NCBI GenBank assembly: GCA_951406725.2
Contig: OX597825.1
Location: 29,698,001-29,762,000 of the forward strand
Direction: 5' to 3'
From: Octopus vulgaris
Taxonomy: Eukaryota
Length of the DNA: 64,000 nucleotides
In this document: positions 41,273 to 55,965 of the stretch, in pieces
How positions within the stretch are numbered: the stretch's first letter is position 1
Layout: each line of letters starts with the position of its first letter
Position numbers and translations under genes: made by a program
The notes under the pieces: model-generated
Database searches by the model: none
Told to the model about the DNA's origin: nothing
The model's input: only the letters and a program-made list of their open reading frames with translations

Positions 41273-42264
41273 AGGCGTCGAGCTGACAGAAACCTTAGCA
41301 CGCCGGGCAAAATGCGTAGCCGTATTTTGTCTGCCGTTATGTTCTGAGTTCAAATTCCGCCGAGGTCGACTTTGCCTTTCAACCTTTTGAGGTCGATAAA
41401 TTAAGTACCAGTTACGCACTAGGGTCAATATAATCGACTTAATCCGTTTGTCTGTCCTTGTTTGTCCTCTCTGTGTTTAGCCCCTTGTCAGTAGTAAAGA
41501 AATAGGTATTTCGTCTGCTGTTACGTTCTGAGTTCAAATTCCGCTGAGGTCAACTTTGTCTTTCATCCTTTCGGGGTCGATTAAATAAGTACCAGTTACG
41601 CACTGGTGTCGATATAATCGACTTAATCCATTTGTCTGTCTTTGTTTGTCCTCTCTGTGTTTAGCCCCTTGTGGGTAGTAAAGAAATAGGTATTTCGTCT
41701 GCTGTTACGTTCTGAGTTCAAATTCCGCTGAGGTCAACTTTGTCTTTCATCCTTTCGGGGTCGGTAAATTAAGTACCAGTTACGCACTGGGGTCGATATA
41801 ATCGACTTAATCTGTCTGTCTGTCCTTGTTTCTCCTCTCTGTGTTTAGCCTCTTGTGGGTAGTAAAGAATAGGTATTTTGTCTGTCTTTATATTCTGAGT
41901 TCAAATCCTGCTGAGGTCGACCTTGCCTTTCATCCTTTCATGGTCGATAAATTAAGTACCATTTGCGTACTGGGGTCGATTTAATCGTCTGGCCCCCTCC
42001 CCCAGAATTTCAGGCCTTGTGCCTAGAGTAGAAAAGAATATCTGGTAAAACTATGGCGGCAAGCTGGTAGAAACATTAGCATGCCGGGTAAAATGCTTTG
42101 CAGTATTTCGTCTGTCTTTATGTTCTGAATTCAAATTCTGCTGAGGTCGACCTTGCTTTCGTCATTACAGGGTCAATAAATTGAGTACCAGTTGCATACT
42201 GGGGTCGATCTAATCGATTGACCACCCCCAAAATTTCGGGCCTTGTGCCTAGGGTAGAAAAGAT
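41273..42264 (+). mobile_element. SINE family A tandem array (four ~184-bp bodies plus a separate monomer)
   Basis: ttctgagttcaaat(t/c)c.gc.gaggtc.ac.ttg.ctttca.cctt recurs at about 41342, 41526, 41710, 41893 and 42123. The tRNA-like head with B-box-like GAGTTCAAATTCC starts at 41273 and again at 42054. Confidence 0.9.
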
Positions 42265-44193
42265 TATGTTTTTCTTTTAATATGAAATTTTCTTTTAAAA
42301 TTTTTATCTTTTATTAAATTCCATCTGGTTGTAGAATACTGTTAATGTCCAAATACTAAGTCCTTGACTTTCCCTTGGCTCTTTGAAGTTCTTAGCATAC
42401 GAAAATGTAGTTGATGATTTGGTGTAAGAACCTGGCAGATATGGGTGTAGTCTTGGAGCAGGCTCATGAAAGAGCTCCTGTCTACTTGCTACCAATCACA
42501 AGTAGTCTCTCATCATTCAGTGCGCATTGAAGAATGGGGGGGGGGAACTAAGACGAAATCTAGAATTAAAAGCAAAAACAGAAATCATACCAAGTTGAGC
42601 CTGCATCTCAGCTTCAGTCACAGTTTTACCATTTTATTTGAATTGCTCTTCCTTCTTGTGATTCTCTGCTCAAATAGCTACATCCCATTGCATGATGAAA
42701 GCTAAAGTATTTAATGGTTTCTCTTTAAAATTTTTTCAATTGCAATGGTATTTTCATTTTTTGGTTTGGTTTTTACTCTGAGATTAATCTTAAATCTGAG
42801 AGACAACAATGTTTTAATTTAAAATGGGGGCACAGGTATATGTTTAAGAAGTTTACACTACAGCCATGCAGTTTTGGGTTCAGTAACCACTGCGTGGCGC
42901 CTTGGGCAAGTGCTGTCTATTATAACCCTAGGTTGACCGATGCCTTATGAGTAGAATTTTTGTTTCCTTGAGCAAGACACATACTTTTACATTACTCCTG
43001 TCTATTTATCCAAAACTGAGCACTGGCTCATCATCATCATTACCATTTTCATCATCATCATCATCATCATCAACATCCTCCTCCTCCTCCTCATCGTCAT
43101 CATCCTCATTAGCAGCAGTAGTAGCAGCATTATGGCTGTCACCACTTACCACCCTCGTCCTTCTGCATGGTGATGATGAACATCATCATCATCATAACCA
43201 TCGTCGTAGTGAGTTGAAAAACTCTAATTAATTGAAGTTAATTATCCATACAATTAGAAATGAAAATAACCTCCTATGGGAGCTTAAGCTCTAAAATCAA
43301 CAAGATATAACATACTTGAGTGTTAATTGTTTGTTTATATAAAACAGTGCACGACAAGATCTGTTCATTAAGTAACAGCTAGACTTTGATACCAACGATT
43401 TTTGATCAACTTAAAATAGAGTTTAGCATTGAGAATGCTTCTCTGTAGAGTTTCTTTCATATATTTGCTAACCTGCTGAGAAATTTCCTTTAGAATCTTA
43501 TTTCAGAATCTGTCTTACAAGTTAAGTTTTAGTGAGACATTTCCTGTCTTTTGTTGTTTGTCCATTACCCTTTATTGTTAATTAACAATGAAAGTATCAC
43601 AAGACCCTTTGATTCCTGTGTGAAGCCTTCTATATCTAAAACCATTCTCTGTGACCATATACCAACACCTGACAGGCTATTCTTTTGTTATGTTCTACAT
43701 TATGAAATCTACTTTGGAAAGTTACCCTTAACCATTTCTTATTATTATTTGCTCAAATAGAAAGCTTTCTCTTTTTTTTTTTTGTTGTTGTAAGAACTAT
43801 TAACAAATCTGCTTAACAATTGATAAATACTTTACAGACAAGCCACTGCTATTAAGGAATTTCACAGCCTCTGTATATTTTTTTTTTCATTAATGACAAG
43901 AGATGAAGACCAAAGATGGTGATGGCATACAGCTATGAGTGGAGCTACAATCCTTTAACCAATACAAGTACGATGATACAGTTTGGCAGAAAATAGTCTG
44001 TTGTGTATTAAATGAAAGAATTTAAAAAAATTATATCTCTGCTACTTTTTAATTTCATTCTATACAAGTTAATAAAATGAGTTCTTGTCATATATCGGAA
44101 TGGGTTGAGGTAACTACTTCTTCCCTGTAATAGTTGTGCCTTTGCTTAGCAGGGAGAAGCAATTGTGCACATCACCACCACTACCATCCTCAC

Positions 44194-44242
<49 letters not shown>

Positions 44243-44727
44243 GTCGTTATCATCATCATGTTATTTCTTTTTGGCCCTTTATGTTCTGTGCTCATATCCC
44301 AGCAAAGTCAACATCCTGTTTGGTCTCACTGAGCTTGATAGAATAAAGTGCCACTCAAGTGCTGGGACTATTGGTATCACTTAACCCTTCTCCCCCAAAA
44401 CTGCTGGGTTCACTCTTACATTAGAAACAGTTGTTATTCAGAGAGCTTAGAAGCATCTCTTTAAGCTCTTTATATTCTGGGTTCAAATTCTGTCGAGATT
44501 GACTTTGCCATTCATCCTATCATGGGTGATACGACTGAAACAAATAAAGGAATAAAATAATGTATGTATGTATGTATGCATGTATGTATGTATGTATGTA
44601 TGTATGTATGTTTGTATGTATGTATGTATGTATGCATGTATGTATGTGTGCATGTATGTAAGTATGTATGTGTGCATGTATATATGCATGTGTGCATACA
44701 GAGAGAGAGATAAATATATATATATAT

Positions 44728-44766
<39 letters not shown>

Positions 44767-44779
44767 CATAGATAGATAC

Positions 44780-44845
<66 letters not shown>

Positions 44846-47045
44846 TGATAAGAGACAGGGTAATGGAAACTGTTGAGATGGCACATCCAATATGTGCCAG
44901 CATGGAAATATAGATACCAGAGCAATGATGATGATGGTGATGATCAGAGTATCATGTTGCTCCAAAAATGGCTGCATACGTATGGTCAAACACTTATCAT
45001 ATCTGCGATTATGCTCACACATACACACACACACGCACACACTCACACACACACGCGCACACACACAAATATACACACACATGCACTCTGTGAGGAAAAC
45101 TATCAAATTCTGTCACTGTCACAATATTTATATCTCGAAAGCTGAAAACTTTTCAGATACAATATTAATTTGCAAGTTAACTGATAATATAAAATCTGAG
45201 TAGTTTCTAGATGATTAACTCTCTATTAGCAATGAATGTCCCCATAATTCTGACACTATATCAGTTAATTTATTTGGTGTTATTGCAACAAAAGTGTCTG
45301 CTCTTTACTCTACCAGAATGTCATTAATCATGGTTTGTTTCTTTTAAAGTTCAAAAAAATATTGAATTGAAAAAATTCATCTTTTTTTTTTCGTTTCTTT
45401 TTTGTAACTTGCTTAAGCAATACAACATCAGACACACTAATAAATTCAAAGACGTTTGATAAAGCTTGGTGATAACGATTAAAGTTTTAGAAAACTTATA
45501 TGAATTTTCTCTTTTTTTTGTTACCAGCAAGAGGTTATCAACAATATTTTCGTTGGATTTGTGGTTAGAGACAAAGTCTGTTTTACATAACAAAACTAGT
45601 GTTAATTAAACTGCTATCAGTTAGAAATGAACTGGAATTTTTAGCATTGGAAAGTATTTCCAAGAAGTTTATCATTTGCAAGGGCGGAATAATCAGTGGT
45701 ACTAAGTCTTGGTCGATTTTTGCTTTGATTTTGGCTTCTTTTCCACTTATCTCAGAGAAATTATCAATGTTTGATCTTGAAATCTTTTGATAAACATGAC
45801 TTCAACATTAGGTCATGAATTATTCAAGTATTTATTCATTCACTGATATTTGTTAAAGCCAAATTTTGTTTCCTTGTCACACATTACACTGAAGAGAGAG
45901 AAAGAGAGAGGGAGAGAGAGAGAGGGGAGAGAGAAAGAGAGAGAGGAAAAGCAATTTACATACAATGGAAATGTTGCTTAAATCACATCAGCCAACAATT
46001 TGAAATAACATAGGACATCATTCATATTAAATGGAAAAGATTTTCAAAGAAACGAAATAGTTTCCGAAGCTTTAGAGGAAAATTAATGTATCCACTCCAT
46101 CAAAAAGGGATGGCTATTTCGATTCAGGTTCTTTAGATACAATTTCAATTTCAGATTTCTTTGATGAATTTTTTGTTTTTCAACTTTTCCCTTGACATTC
46201 CTTTGGGTTTAGTCCTGAATAGTCTGTGCTGTAGAGAAAACATCCACACTATGGAGAAAATATTGAATGCTATAGTATTTCTTTTGGATGATGGTGGTGG
46301 TGGTGATGGTATAATGGTAATGGTGGTGTACTAGAAGGGATGAGAATGCCAGAATAAAAGGCTGTGGAGTATTGAATTCCTCCCTTTCGCATTCTATGTT
46401 TGAATCTTGATGGGGACAGCTTTGCTTTAAATTACTTCAGTATTGATAAAATAAGTACCAGTCATGTACCGAAATCAATTCAATCAACTATAATTCCTCA
46501 TTACAACTGTGTAACCTGGTGCCAAAATGGTGAATCAATATTATAGCATTTGGTTGCAAGCAATAGTGTTACAGAAATGGTAGCCCTACATTAAAATGTC
46601 TTCATTATTTAATTTTGTCCTTTATTGTTTTATATTGAAATCTTACCAGAAGTGACTTTACACCCTACACCATTTAAAAAAATATTTGTGGGAGTCCATA
46701 AAATGAATACCACTTTTTATTAAATTTGAATCAAGTTATATCATTCAGTTATGTAGTGAAAGACATAGAGATGTGGTTTAGAAGTTTGCTTTTCAACCAT
46801 GTGGTTACGGGTTTGGTCCCACTGAAAACAGCATTAGATTAAAAAATGATGTCTATAAAATTTATAATGTATATACAAGCATTAAACAACGCTAGTTGTA
46901 ATATTCTGTTTCAGTACAGAGAGACTTCTCAAAGATACTTTTGTGTCATCAGCAAATTGACACACTGTTTCAGCTTTATTTAGACTCTTAAGTACATAAG
47001 CCCCCTTGAGAAGATTTTCTGGAACAAAATATTATAGCTACAAAT

Positions 47046-47087
<42 letters not shown>

Positions 47088-47089
<2 letters not shown>

Positions 47090-47549
47090 TCATTATCATC
47101 ATCGTTTAATGTTCACTTTCCATGCTAGCATGGGTTGGACGATTTGACTGAAGACTGGCAAACCAGGCTCCAATTTGATCTGGCAGAGTTTCTACAGCTG
47201 GATGCCCTTGCTAACGCCAACCACTCCGAGAGTGTAGTGGGTGCTTTTACGTGCCACCGGCATGAGGGCCAGTCAGGTGGTACTGGCAATGGCCATGCTC
47301 AAATAGTGTTTTTTATATGTCACCTGCACAGGAGCCAGTCCAGCAGCACTGGCAATGACCTTGTTTGAATGTTTTTTCACGTGCCACCAACACAAGTGCC
47401 AGTAAGGCGACACTGGTAACAATCACACTCGAATGGTGCTTTTTACATGCCACCAGCACAGAAGCCAGTTTGCTGCTCTTGCAACCATCACACTCGGATG
47501 GTGCTCTTAGCATTCCACTAGCACAGAAGCCAATCATCGAATTTGATTT

Positions 47550-47550
<1 letters not shown>
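47088..47550 (-). mobile_element. Interspersed retroposon family C
   Basis: Reverse complement of 11480-11960. Confidence 0.75.
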
Positions 47551-47586
<36 letters not shown>

Positions 47587-47730
47587 TTTAAAATGGTATA
47601 CATGTCATTAAAGATATTTAACATTGGCTGGTTCAGGTGAACTTGCTGTAAATAGGTTCAATGGATAAGTCTATATCAAAATATTTAACAATAGGAACAG
47701 CAGGGAAATATTCTTATGTATGTTGTCAGC

Positions 47731-48189
47731 TTAACACTTTTGATACCAACCCACCTGAAACTGCTTCTGGCTTTGTAGTACAAATGTCTTGTTTGTGTAA
47801 GTTTTCAATTAAAATCTTCCACTAAACCTTAGTCCCAATTTATGTTCTTAATACTAGTTGAATAATAACTAAGATATTGCTTTGAACTGAATGGAGGTGC
47901 AAGATTCCCTCATTCGAAATTGTAAGAACACAGATCGTGTCATATAGCCAGATGGAGACAGTGTCTCCTGGGGTTAAATTATAGCAACATTCGTCCTAAA
48001 CCAGGACTGCCATGTTATGTTGGCAAACAATCTTTACTCCAAAGTACTATCGCTAAATATCTCTCATGAGATTTACAAGTAGTAACTTTCTAATAACTAA
48101 GATATTTTACTAAATTCTTTGTTATATTTAAAATCAGTTGAAAGAAACACAGAGCATCTCAAAATAAATACAGAAATGAAAAAGATTAA
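47731..48189 (-). mobile_element. Degraded piggyBac-type MITE (same family as 38621-39067) with a 212-bp insertion
   Basis: Reverse-complement match on both sides of the insert, with TTAA at both ends. Confidence 0.75.
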
Positions 48190-48963
48190 AGCAGTAAATT
48201 ACCAAGTCATCTTTTATTCTTTTACTTGTTTCAGTCATTACACTGTGGCCATGTTGGAGTACTAAATTGATCATATAAGTTTGTGTCATAGTGGATATAA
48301 TCTTTTGGACTTTACTGTCATCCTTTTGATAATTTCCACACAATAGTTGATCTGACATGACTAAATAAATCTATATACAAAATTCTACCAAACAAAAACA
48401 AACGAAAAACAAAGCAAAATTATTAAAGCCTATCTTTTTAATTGGCTTCAGTTATTTTCTATACTTTATCAACATGAATTTCCAGTTAATTTCATTGTTC
48501 TATTTTATATATTACAACTACGAAATAGATATTGTAAAAATATGCTCATCTTTCATTTCATTTGCTTCTATTCTGTCATGAAATAGAAAAACACTCAATT
48601 ATCTTAATTGAATTATGTTAATTTCTTAAAACTCATTGCATGTATTTTGCAGCTAAGTTTCAGCCTTAATTAGAAGTAGTTCTGCTTTTATTTTATTCTT
48701 TTTAATGTCATTATCTTTAATTAATATGATTCCTAATAAATTATCCGTTCCTAACAAAGTTAACTGTTTCTTTCCAGAGGAATGTTCTAAATTAATAGAT
48801 ACTAAACAAAGAAGTCTTATATATGTAAATGACGCATATATGCTTATATACATACATGCATGCATATATGATACTCACACACAAATACATATGTATATAT
48901 ATATATATATATATGTATGCATGTATGTATGTGTATATCTATCTATCTATATATCTATCTCTA

Positions 48964-49014
<51 letters not shown>

Positions 49015-50034
49015 ATGCATTTTTATATGTATATGCAATGTTTTATACATACATTTGTTTATACTAACATCATTCACAGAGATTTTGAGGAATGTCAAAG
49101 TCATCATAATCTCTTCTGAAGCTTTTTTTTTCAAGATGGCAATCCCTAGAGAGTAGACCTTCTTTGAATATAGTCCTGGTGTTGTATAGTTCACAGGACA
49201 CCTGAATTTTTTTTCTGACATGCTTCTAATATAATGTAGTGAGATTTTAGAAGTTCTTTTGGTGTTTTCCATTTCATGCAGTTGTGACAGTGATTATAAT
49301 GTTGAGACCACCCACACACTGAGAGTAAGTCCAGAAGAACATTGTAAAACCATAACCTATTAGGAGACAGAAAAATCAAACATACCTGGTCATTGGAGGA
49401 AGGAAAAAAGCTAAGACATCAACACATGTGGCACAAAGTCAAGATAATAGATAAAAGTTAAGGAACAACAATGAAAAATAAGATGACTAGAAAAAAATCA
49501 ATACAGAGGATGGGTCTTGATAAATTCAATTGGCTTAGCATAGAGTTGAATGCTTTATAGGAGCTTTTACTGAAAAACATTAAACCTATGACTGCCAAAG
49601 TCAGATGTAAAACTATTAATCTGCTGAAAGATAAGTGAGAGGAGTGAGAAAGGATCCAGGGAATGGGTTTACTCTCAGTACGTTCCTTTATATAAGGGAA
49701 TAAAGATGGGAGAAAGTATTTATCTCATTTCTCAAGATATTCCTAGAGCTGTGCTGTTCCTTGACTGACCTTAGTCAGTGGTCATGGTTTTCATCTTAGA
49801 AGCAGTTAATATTGGTTTATATTGTGTATATCCTTGTGAACCTCTCTCTGTAATAACCTCTTATCTGTCACCATTGTGACAATTACAAACAGAAGTTTAT
49901 TCCTTTTTTTTATCAAACATTTTTTCCGTCCCCATTATCCCCTCTTAGAAGGCCAGTGCTTGTTTCTGAATTTTCAGTGCTTTGAGGAAATAAAACTTTA
50001 TCAGGCACAAATTATCCTTGCTTTCTTTTTACTT

Positions 50035-50470
50035 TTTTTATTTACTCTTTTATCTTTTACTTGTTTCACTCATTTGACTGTGGTCATGCTGGAGCACCAC
50101 CTTTAGTTGAACAAATCAACCCCAGCACTTATTCTTTGTAAGTCTAGTACTTATTGTATTGGTCTCTTGTGCCAAACTATTAAGTTATGGGGATGTAAGC
50201 ACACCAACATTGTTTGTCAAGTGATGGTGGGTGGACAAACACAGATAGAAAAATACATACACACACATCCAAATATATATACATACATACATACATACAT
50301 ACATACATACATACGACAGGCTTCTTTCAGTTTCTGTCTACCAAATAAACTCACAAGGCTTTGGCTGGCCTGAGGCTATAGTAGAAGACACTTGCCCAAA
50401 GTGCCATGCAGTGGGACTGAACCTAGGTCCATGTAGTTGGGAAGCAAGCTTCTTACCACACAACCACTCT
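50035..50470 (-). mobile_element. SINE family B, full composite copy with internal microsatellite
   Basis: Reverse complement of 56905-57345. Confidence 0.8.
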
Positions 50471-51324
50471 GGCATCTATTTGTTTTTAATTTCTTTATTT
50501 TATTTATTTTGCAAAGAATTGAACCCAGCCCTAGCAACCAAGGAAATTGTTGTCAATTCCAGTGCTGCTGCCATCACTAGAATTCAGTTTAATGCCGAAT
50601 TCTACTTGCAGCTACTTCAAATGAGCTGTTGACAGTTAAATATCTAAACTATAGAGAAAGCAGGGTGGCAGTGACAGGTCCTATCAAATCAAGTATATTT
50701 GGTGTCTTCACTGTCATTATATCTTATTTATAAATTATAAATATCAGAAAAATTCCCAACATACACACACGCATACACACATGCACACACATGCTTATAT
50801 TGATATTAAATATTCCACACTTACTTGACGTTATGTCACTCACTCAAACATTCTTTACTAAATATTTATAGAAATTAAGTGTTGATCGGCAATCACATTT
50901 TATTTGTTTTAATCCTACAGAAAATCCCTGAAGGGATATATACAATAAAAGTATACTAGTCCCTTGTTCAGAAATCCTTTCTTATTCTTATATTTTCAAT
51001 CTGGCATTTTTAATTTATTTTTCTTTATCTTCATCCGTTGAAAATACTTTAAATTGAAAAGCGCTGAAGAGTAAAAGATTTTCTGCTCAAAATATTAAAC
51101 CATTTCTTGTCTTCAGAAATGATGTTTGATGTAAATTGGATCTTTCCAATTGATTCTTTTTTCAAATTATAGCTAAACCTCTCTTTGTTAATACAACAAC
51201 AACAATAATAATAATCTTTTCTACTATAGGCACAAGACCTGAAATTTTTAGGGAGGGGGTTAGTTGATTACATCGATCCCAGTACTCAACTGGGGTAACA
51301 ATTCTTCCAGCTTGCCACCTTAAT

Positions 51325-51586
51325 AATGATGCTGAGACTCCCTTTGGTCATGACTGACCATGGGATTGCACCTAGAAAGTTACCCTCCAAGGCACAAGTC
51401 CGGGCAGGTTGGTTATGGAAGACCAGCAGTCGCCCATGCATACCAGCCTCCCTTCTCCATGCCACCAGTGTTATCCAAGGGAAAGGCAAAGGCTGATATA
51501 GCTTGGCCCCTGTGACGTCGCCACTCATTTTTACAGCTGAGTGAACTGGAGCAATGTGAAAAAAAGTGTCTTGCTCAAGAACACAA
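51325..51586 (-). mobile_element. SINE-like element of a further family, lacking the tRNA head
   Basis: GC-rich island. The minus strand contains tgtgttcttgagcaagacacttt, a motif commonly found just after SINE tRNA heads. It sits between family A pieces. Confidence 0.55.
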
Positions 51587-51649
51587 ATAATAATAACAAT
51601 AACAACAACAACAACAACATTAGTATATATTATTACCATTAGTATATAT

Positions 51650-51870
51650 TCTTTTCTACTCTAGGCACAAGGCCCAAAATTTCTGGGGAGGGCACCAGTC
51701 AATTAGATCGACCCCAGGAAACAACTGGTACTTAAGTAATCGACTCTGAAAGGATGACAGGCAAGACCAACCTCAGCAGAATTTGAATTCAGAACGTAAA
51801 GACAGACAAACAGACAATCTACTGCTTAGTCTTTCATCCAGCATGCTAACATTCCTGCCAGCTTGCCACT
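51650..51870 (-). mobile_element. SINE family A
   Basis: Reverse complement of 42054-42264. Confidence 0.8.
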
Positions 51871-52388
51871 TTACCATTAGTGAATATTAAATGTAATAAC
51901 CAAGAGGTACAAGATTTGATTCTTTGTAGCAGCTTCCTGTTCACTTTTTCCCATCTTCTAACAGTATTCATCTGATCTTCTAAACTGTTTTCACAGCTAT
52001 TCTGCATTTGAGATTTCCTTTATTTTATCTAATAGCTATTTATGATTTTTATTTCTTTGTATTTTTGCTCCACTCAAATTATATTTTCAATGTTGATGAT
52101 TAATAAGCTATTCGGTTGTTCGAGGGTATCATTGTGTAATTTGGTTTTCATGTAGTGTATCTTCACTCAAATCGGCCAGCCAGAATCCACGATGAGCACT
52201 AAGTTATAACCAGTGAAGCATAGTGTGCCAAAGATGGCATACAAATTGTCGACTCTTTGGCCATTCATCTGAAACAATCTTAACATGGCTAGTGGCAACA
52301 CTTTAATAGATTGCACAGAACTTCACTTCTTGGTAATGTGAACATTTTCTACAGCACCAACAATAATGATATCATGAAAATAGTAATA

Positions 52389-52457
<69 letters not shown>

Positions 52458-52774
52458 ATGATGATGATGATGATGATGATATATATATATATACAATGTA
52501 TATATACATATCGTCAGACCCCAAAACCTATTAGCTTTATATATATATATATATACATATATACATGATGATGGAGATGATGATGATTATAGAGATGACG
52601 ATGGTGATGGCGATGATGATGATGATGATAATGACGATGATGATTTCTTTTGAAGCTTTTATGATATGAGAGAAAGACAAATAGAAGTATAGAGGCTTTA
52701 AAGAAATGAAGAAAAAGATATATCCATATTTATCAATCAGTCTCTCTCACTCTCTATGTCTGTGTGTGCGTACA

Positions 52775-52816
<42 letters not shown>

Positions 52817-53290
52817 CGTGTATGTGTGTGTGTGTGTGTGTGTGCATATTGTATACATCTAACATGGGTTAGATAAATGCATTAACAAGGCATTATTTCA
52901 CAGCTACACACCTGTCCTGTCACTAACATTTTCTTGTTTTCAAGCGAGCGATCACTTCACACATCTTGAATGCTGGTAGATGTAATGACAGCAAAAACCG
53001 ACAACATCACTCACTGCTTGCTTGCTTGTAGCTCACGAATTTTGGGGAAGCACAAATGTCAAAATCATGCAAACAGATGTAGACTCACATATACAAATAA
53101 ATAAATATAGAAACGTATATATGGGCTTCTTCCCAATTCTGTCTACCATATTCACTCAGAAGGCTTTTATGGTCCTGATGCTATTGTAGAAGACACCTGT
53201 CTCAGATTGTATGTTGTAGGACTGAATCTAAAATTACATGGTGTGAAATAAACAATCATACCTGTACCTATATGTGTGTGTGTGTGTGTC

Positions 53291-53324
<34 letters not shown>

Positions 53325-53331
53325 TATTTAC

Positions 53332-53362
<31 letters not shown>

Positions 53363-53374
53363 TATGTGCATTTA

Positions 53375-53738
53375 TTCTTTTATTTGCTTCAGTCATTTGA
53401 CTTTGGCCATGCTGGAGCACCGCGTTTAGTCTAACATGTCGAACCCAAGACTTATTCTTTGTAAGCCTAGTACTTATACTATCAGTCTCTTTTGCCAAAC
53501 TGCTAAGTTATGGGGACGTAAACACACCAACATCGGTTGTCAAATGATGGTGGGAGGACAAACACAGACACACACACACCCATATGCCAGACTTCTTTCT
53601 GTTTCCATCTACCAAATTCACTCACAAGGCTTTGGTCGGTCTGAGGCTATAGTAGAAGACACTTGCCCAAGGTTCCATGCAGACTCAACCTGGAACCATG
53701 TGGTTGGTAAGCAAGCTAGTTACCACACAGCCATGCCT
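53375..53738 (-). mobile_element. SINE family B
   Basis: Reverse complement of 56905-57345. Confidence 0.8.
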
Positions 53739-53765
53739 GTGTATATATGTGTATATATATAAGTA

Positions 53766-53813
<48 letters not shown>

Positions 53814-53815
53814 TA

Positions 53816-54006
53816 GGGAGAATTCACAAAAAAACATAAGACGAAGACAAGTGGTGTGGACAACAAACAGATGTATTAGTATAACACTCAGGAAGTGAAA
53901 AAGTTTTTAATGTTTCGAGCCTATGCTCTTACACAGAAAGGAACAGAGAAAGAAACAAGGGGAGAAAATAAAGAATGAGTAGTGGCTAGCGATCCATCAT
54001 GGCGAA
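53816..54006 (-). mobile_element. Family D short element (PLE-terminus-like)
   Basis: Homologous to 30799-30995 and 40622-40810. Confidence 0.65.
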
Positions 54007-54008
54007 TA

Positions 54009-54087
<79 letters not shown>

Positions 54088-54633
54088 TTTATTTCTTGAC
54101 TACTTACAGTATAAAGTATATTCTAAAGGAAGTAGTCTTGGTATTTTACTCAGAAAAATTTGGTATTTGCCTGGATATTACATCCCTCCTCTTAATAAAC
54201 ACACACACCATATTTATATATGAATATAATTTGTCTTTCATCTGCTGCTTGTTTCAGTCATTGGACTGAGACAGAGAGACAGAAACAGGTGTCTTGCTGT
54301 AGAGGAGGCACAAGGTTACCCAGATGGAGAGAGGGAGAGAGAGAGAGAGATCAGGAATGAGGACACACACACACACACACACACACATAAGTGTGTAAAA
54401 CCATAGGTAATTATACACTAGGTTTTTAGGTCTGACAATATATATACATATCGTCAGACCCCAAAACCTATTGGCCTTATATATATATACAAATACACAT
54501 ACATGTATATATCATACATACATACATATATATATTACAAGCTTCTTTAGCTTTCATCTACCAAGCATACTCATAAGGTTTTGGTATATACATATATATA
54601 CATACACTCACACACACACACATACACACACAC

Positions 54634-54703
<70 letters not shown>

Positions 54704-55211
54704 CTCTTTAGTTAGTTTTGTTTATTTCTAATGTTCTGCAAAGGAAAGTTCTAGATGAAAATGAAAATCCATTAATATGCCTATTCAAGACCAAGACTTC
54801 TCTGAAGAGACTTCCATTTACTATTATATATGTGTCTGTGTTATTCAATAGTTTTCAATGTAATGGCTTATCTGTATATTTCTTACATTCTTTTTTTTTT
54901 GTTCCTTTTTATTCTCTTCATTTCTTGCATATCTTAAAAAGTTACCCTTCAAACAACCAAATTGTTTGGTGTCTTTCAAATCATATTGCTAGATATAGCT
55001 CTTGTTTCATTAAGAATGACTTTACTCTGCTTTCAATTTATGTTCAACAAATAAGTACCAGTAATATTATGGGATACATCTGTAAAACACCATTAAACGT
55101 AAAGATATTAATGTATTTTTATTTTTATCACTATTCAGTAAATACTTGCTGTATACTCTATTACATATATGTCTATATCTATCTAACTATCTATCTGTCA
55201 ATCTATCTTTT

Positions 55212-55258
<47 letters not shown>

Positions 55259-55259
55259 T

Positions 55260-55510
55260 AAAAAGCACTGTTTGAGTGTGGCCAATGCCAGTGCTGCCTG
55301 ACTGGCACCTGTGCTGCTGGCATGCAAAAAGCATCCACTACATTCTTGGACTGGTTGGTGTTAGAAGAGCATCCAGCTGTAGAAACATTGCCAAATCAGA
55401 TCAGAGACTGGTGCAGCCACCTGGCCGCTAGTTCTCAGTTGAACCATCCAACTCATGCCAGCATGGAAAGCAGAGTTAAATGACAATGATGATAATGATG
55501 ATGATGATGA
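55260..55510 (+). mobile_element. Interspersed retroposon family C, short copy
   Basis: Same 3' body and (GAT)n tail as 6140-6478. Confidence 0.7.
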
Positions 55511-55694
55511 TATATATGTGTGTGTGTATATATACATATATATGTATATATATATATATATATATGCATATATATATATATATATATATACACGTATATA
55601 TATATGCATACACAATATGATATTATGTATATACACATGTATACATATGCAATATAATATTATATATGTAATATATATGAGTGTATGTGACATG

Positions 55695-55725
<31 letters not shown>

Positions 55726-55814
55726 CAAAAATTATGTCTAGGTGTCTAGTGGCAATGGGGGATAAACGTATACACAGACACACACACACACATGCATGTA
55801 GATCCATGTATATG

Positions 55815-55965
55815 CAATGGGCTTTTCCAGTTTTTGTCTACCAAATCCACTTACAAGAGTCTGGTTGACCCAGGGCTATAGTAGGAGACTCTTGCCCAAG
55901 GTGCCATGCAGTGGGACTGAACCAAGGGCGAAGCGGTTGGGAAGCAAGCTTCTTACTACACTGCC
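55815..55965 (-). mobile_element. SINE family B, 5' part
   Basis: Reverse complement of 56905-57045. Confidence 0.7.

Noticed and set aside
41273-42264. Regularly spaced repeats as a possible CRISPR array or tRNA cluster
   Set aside because: Whole units are repeated with no unique spacers. The same sequence is a dispersed SINE and forms no full cloverleaf.
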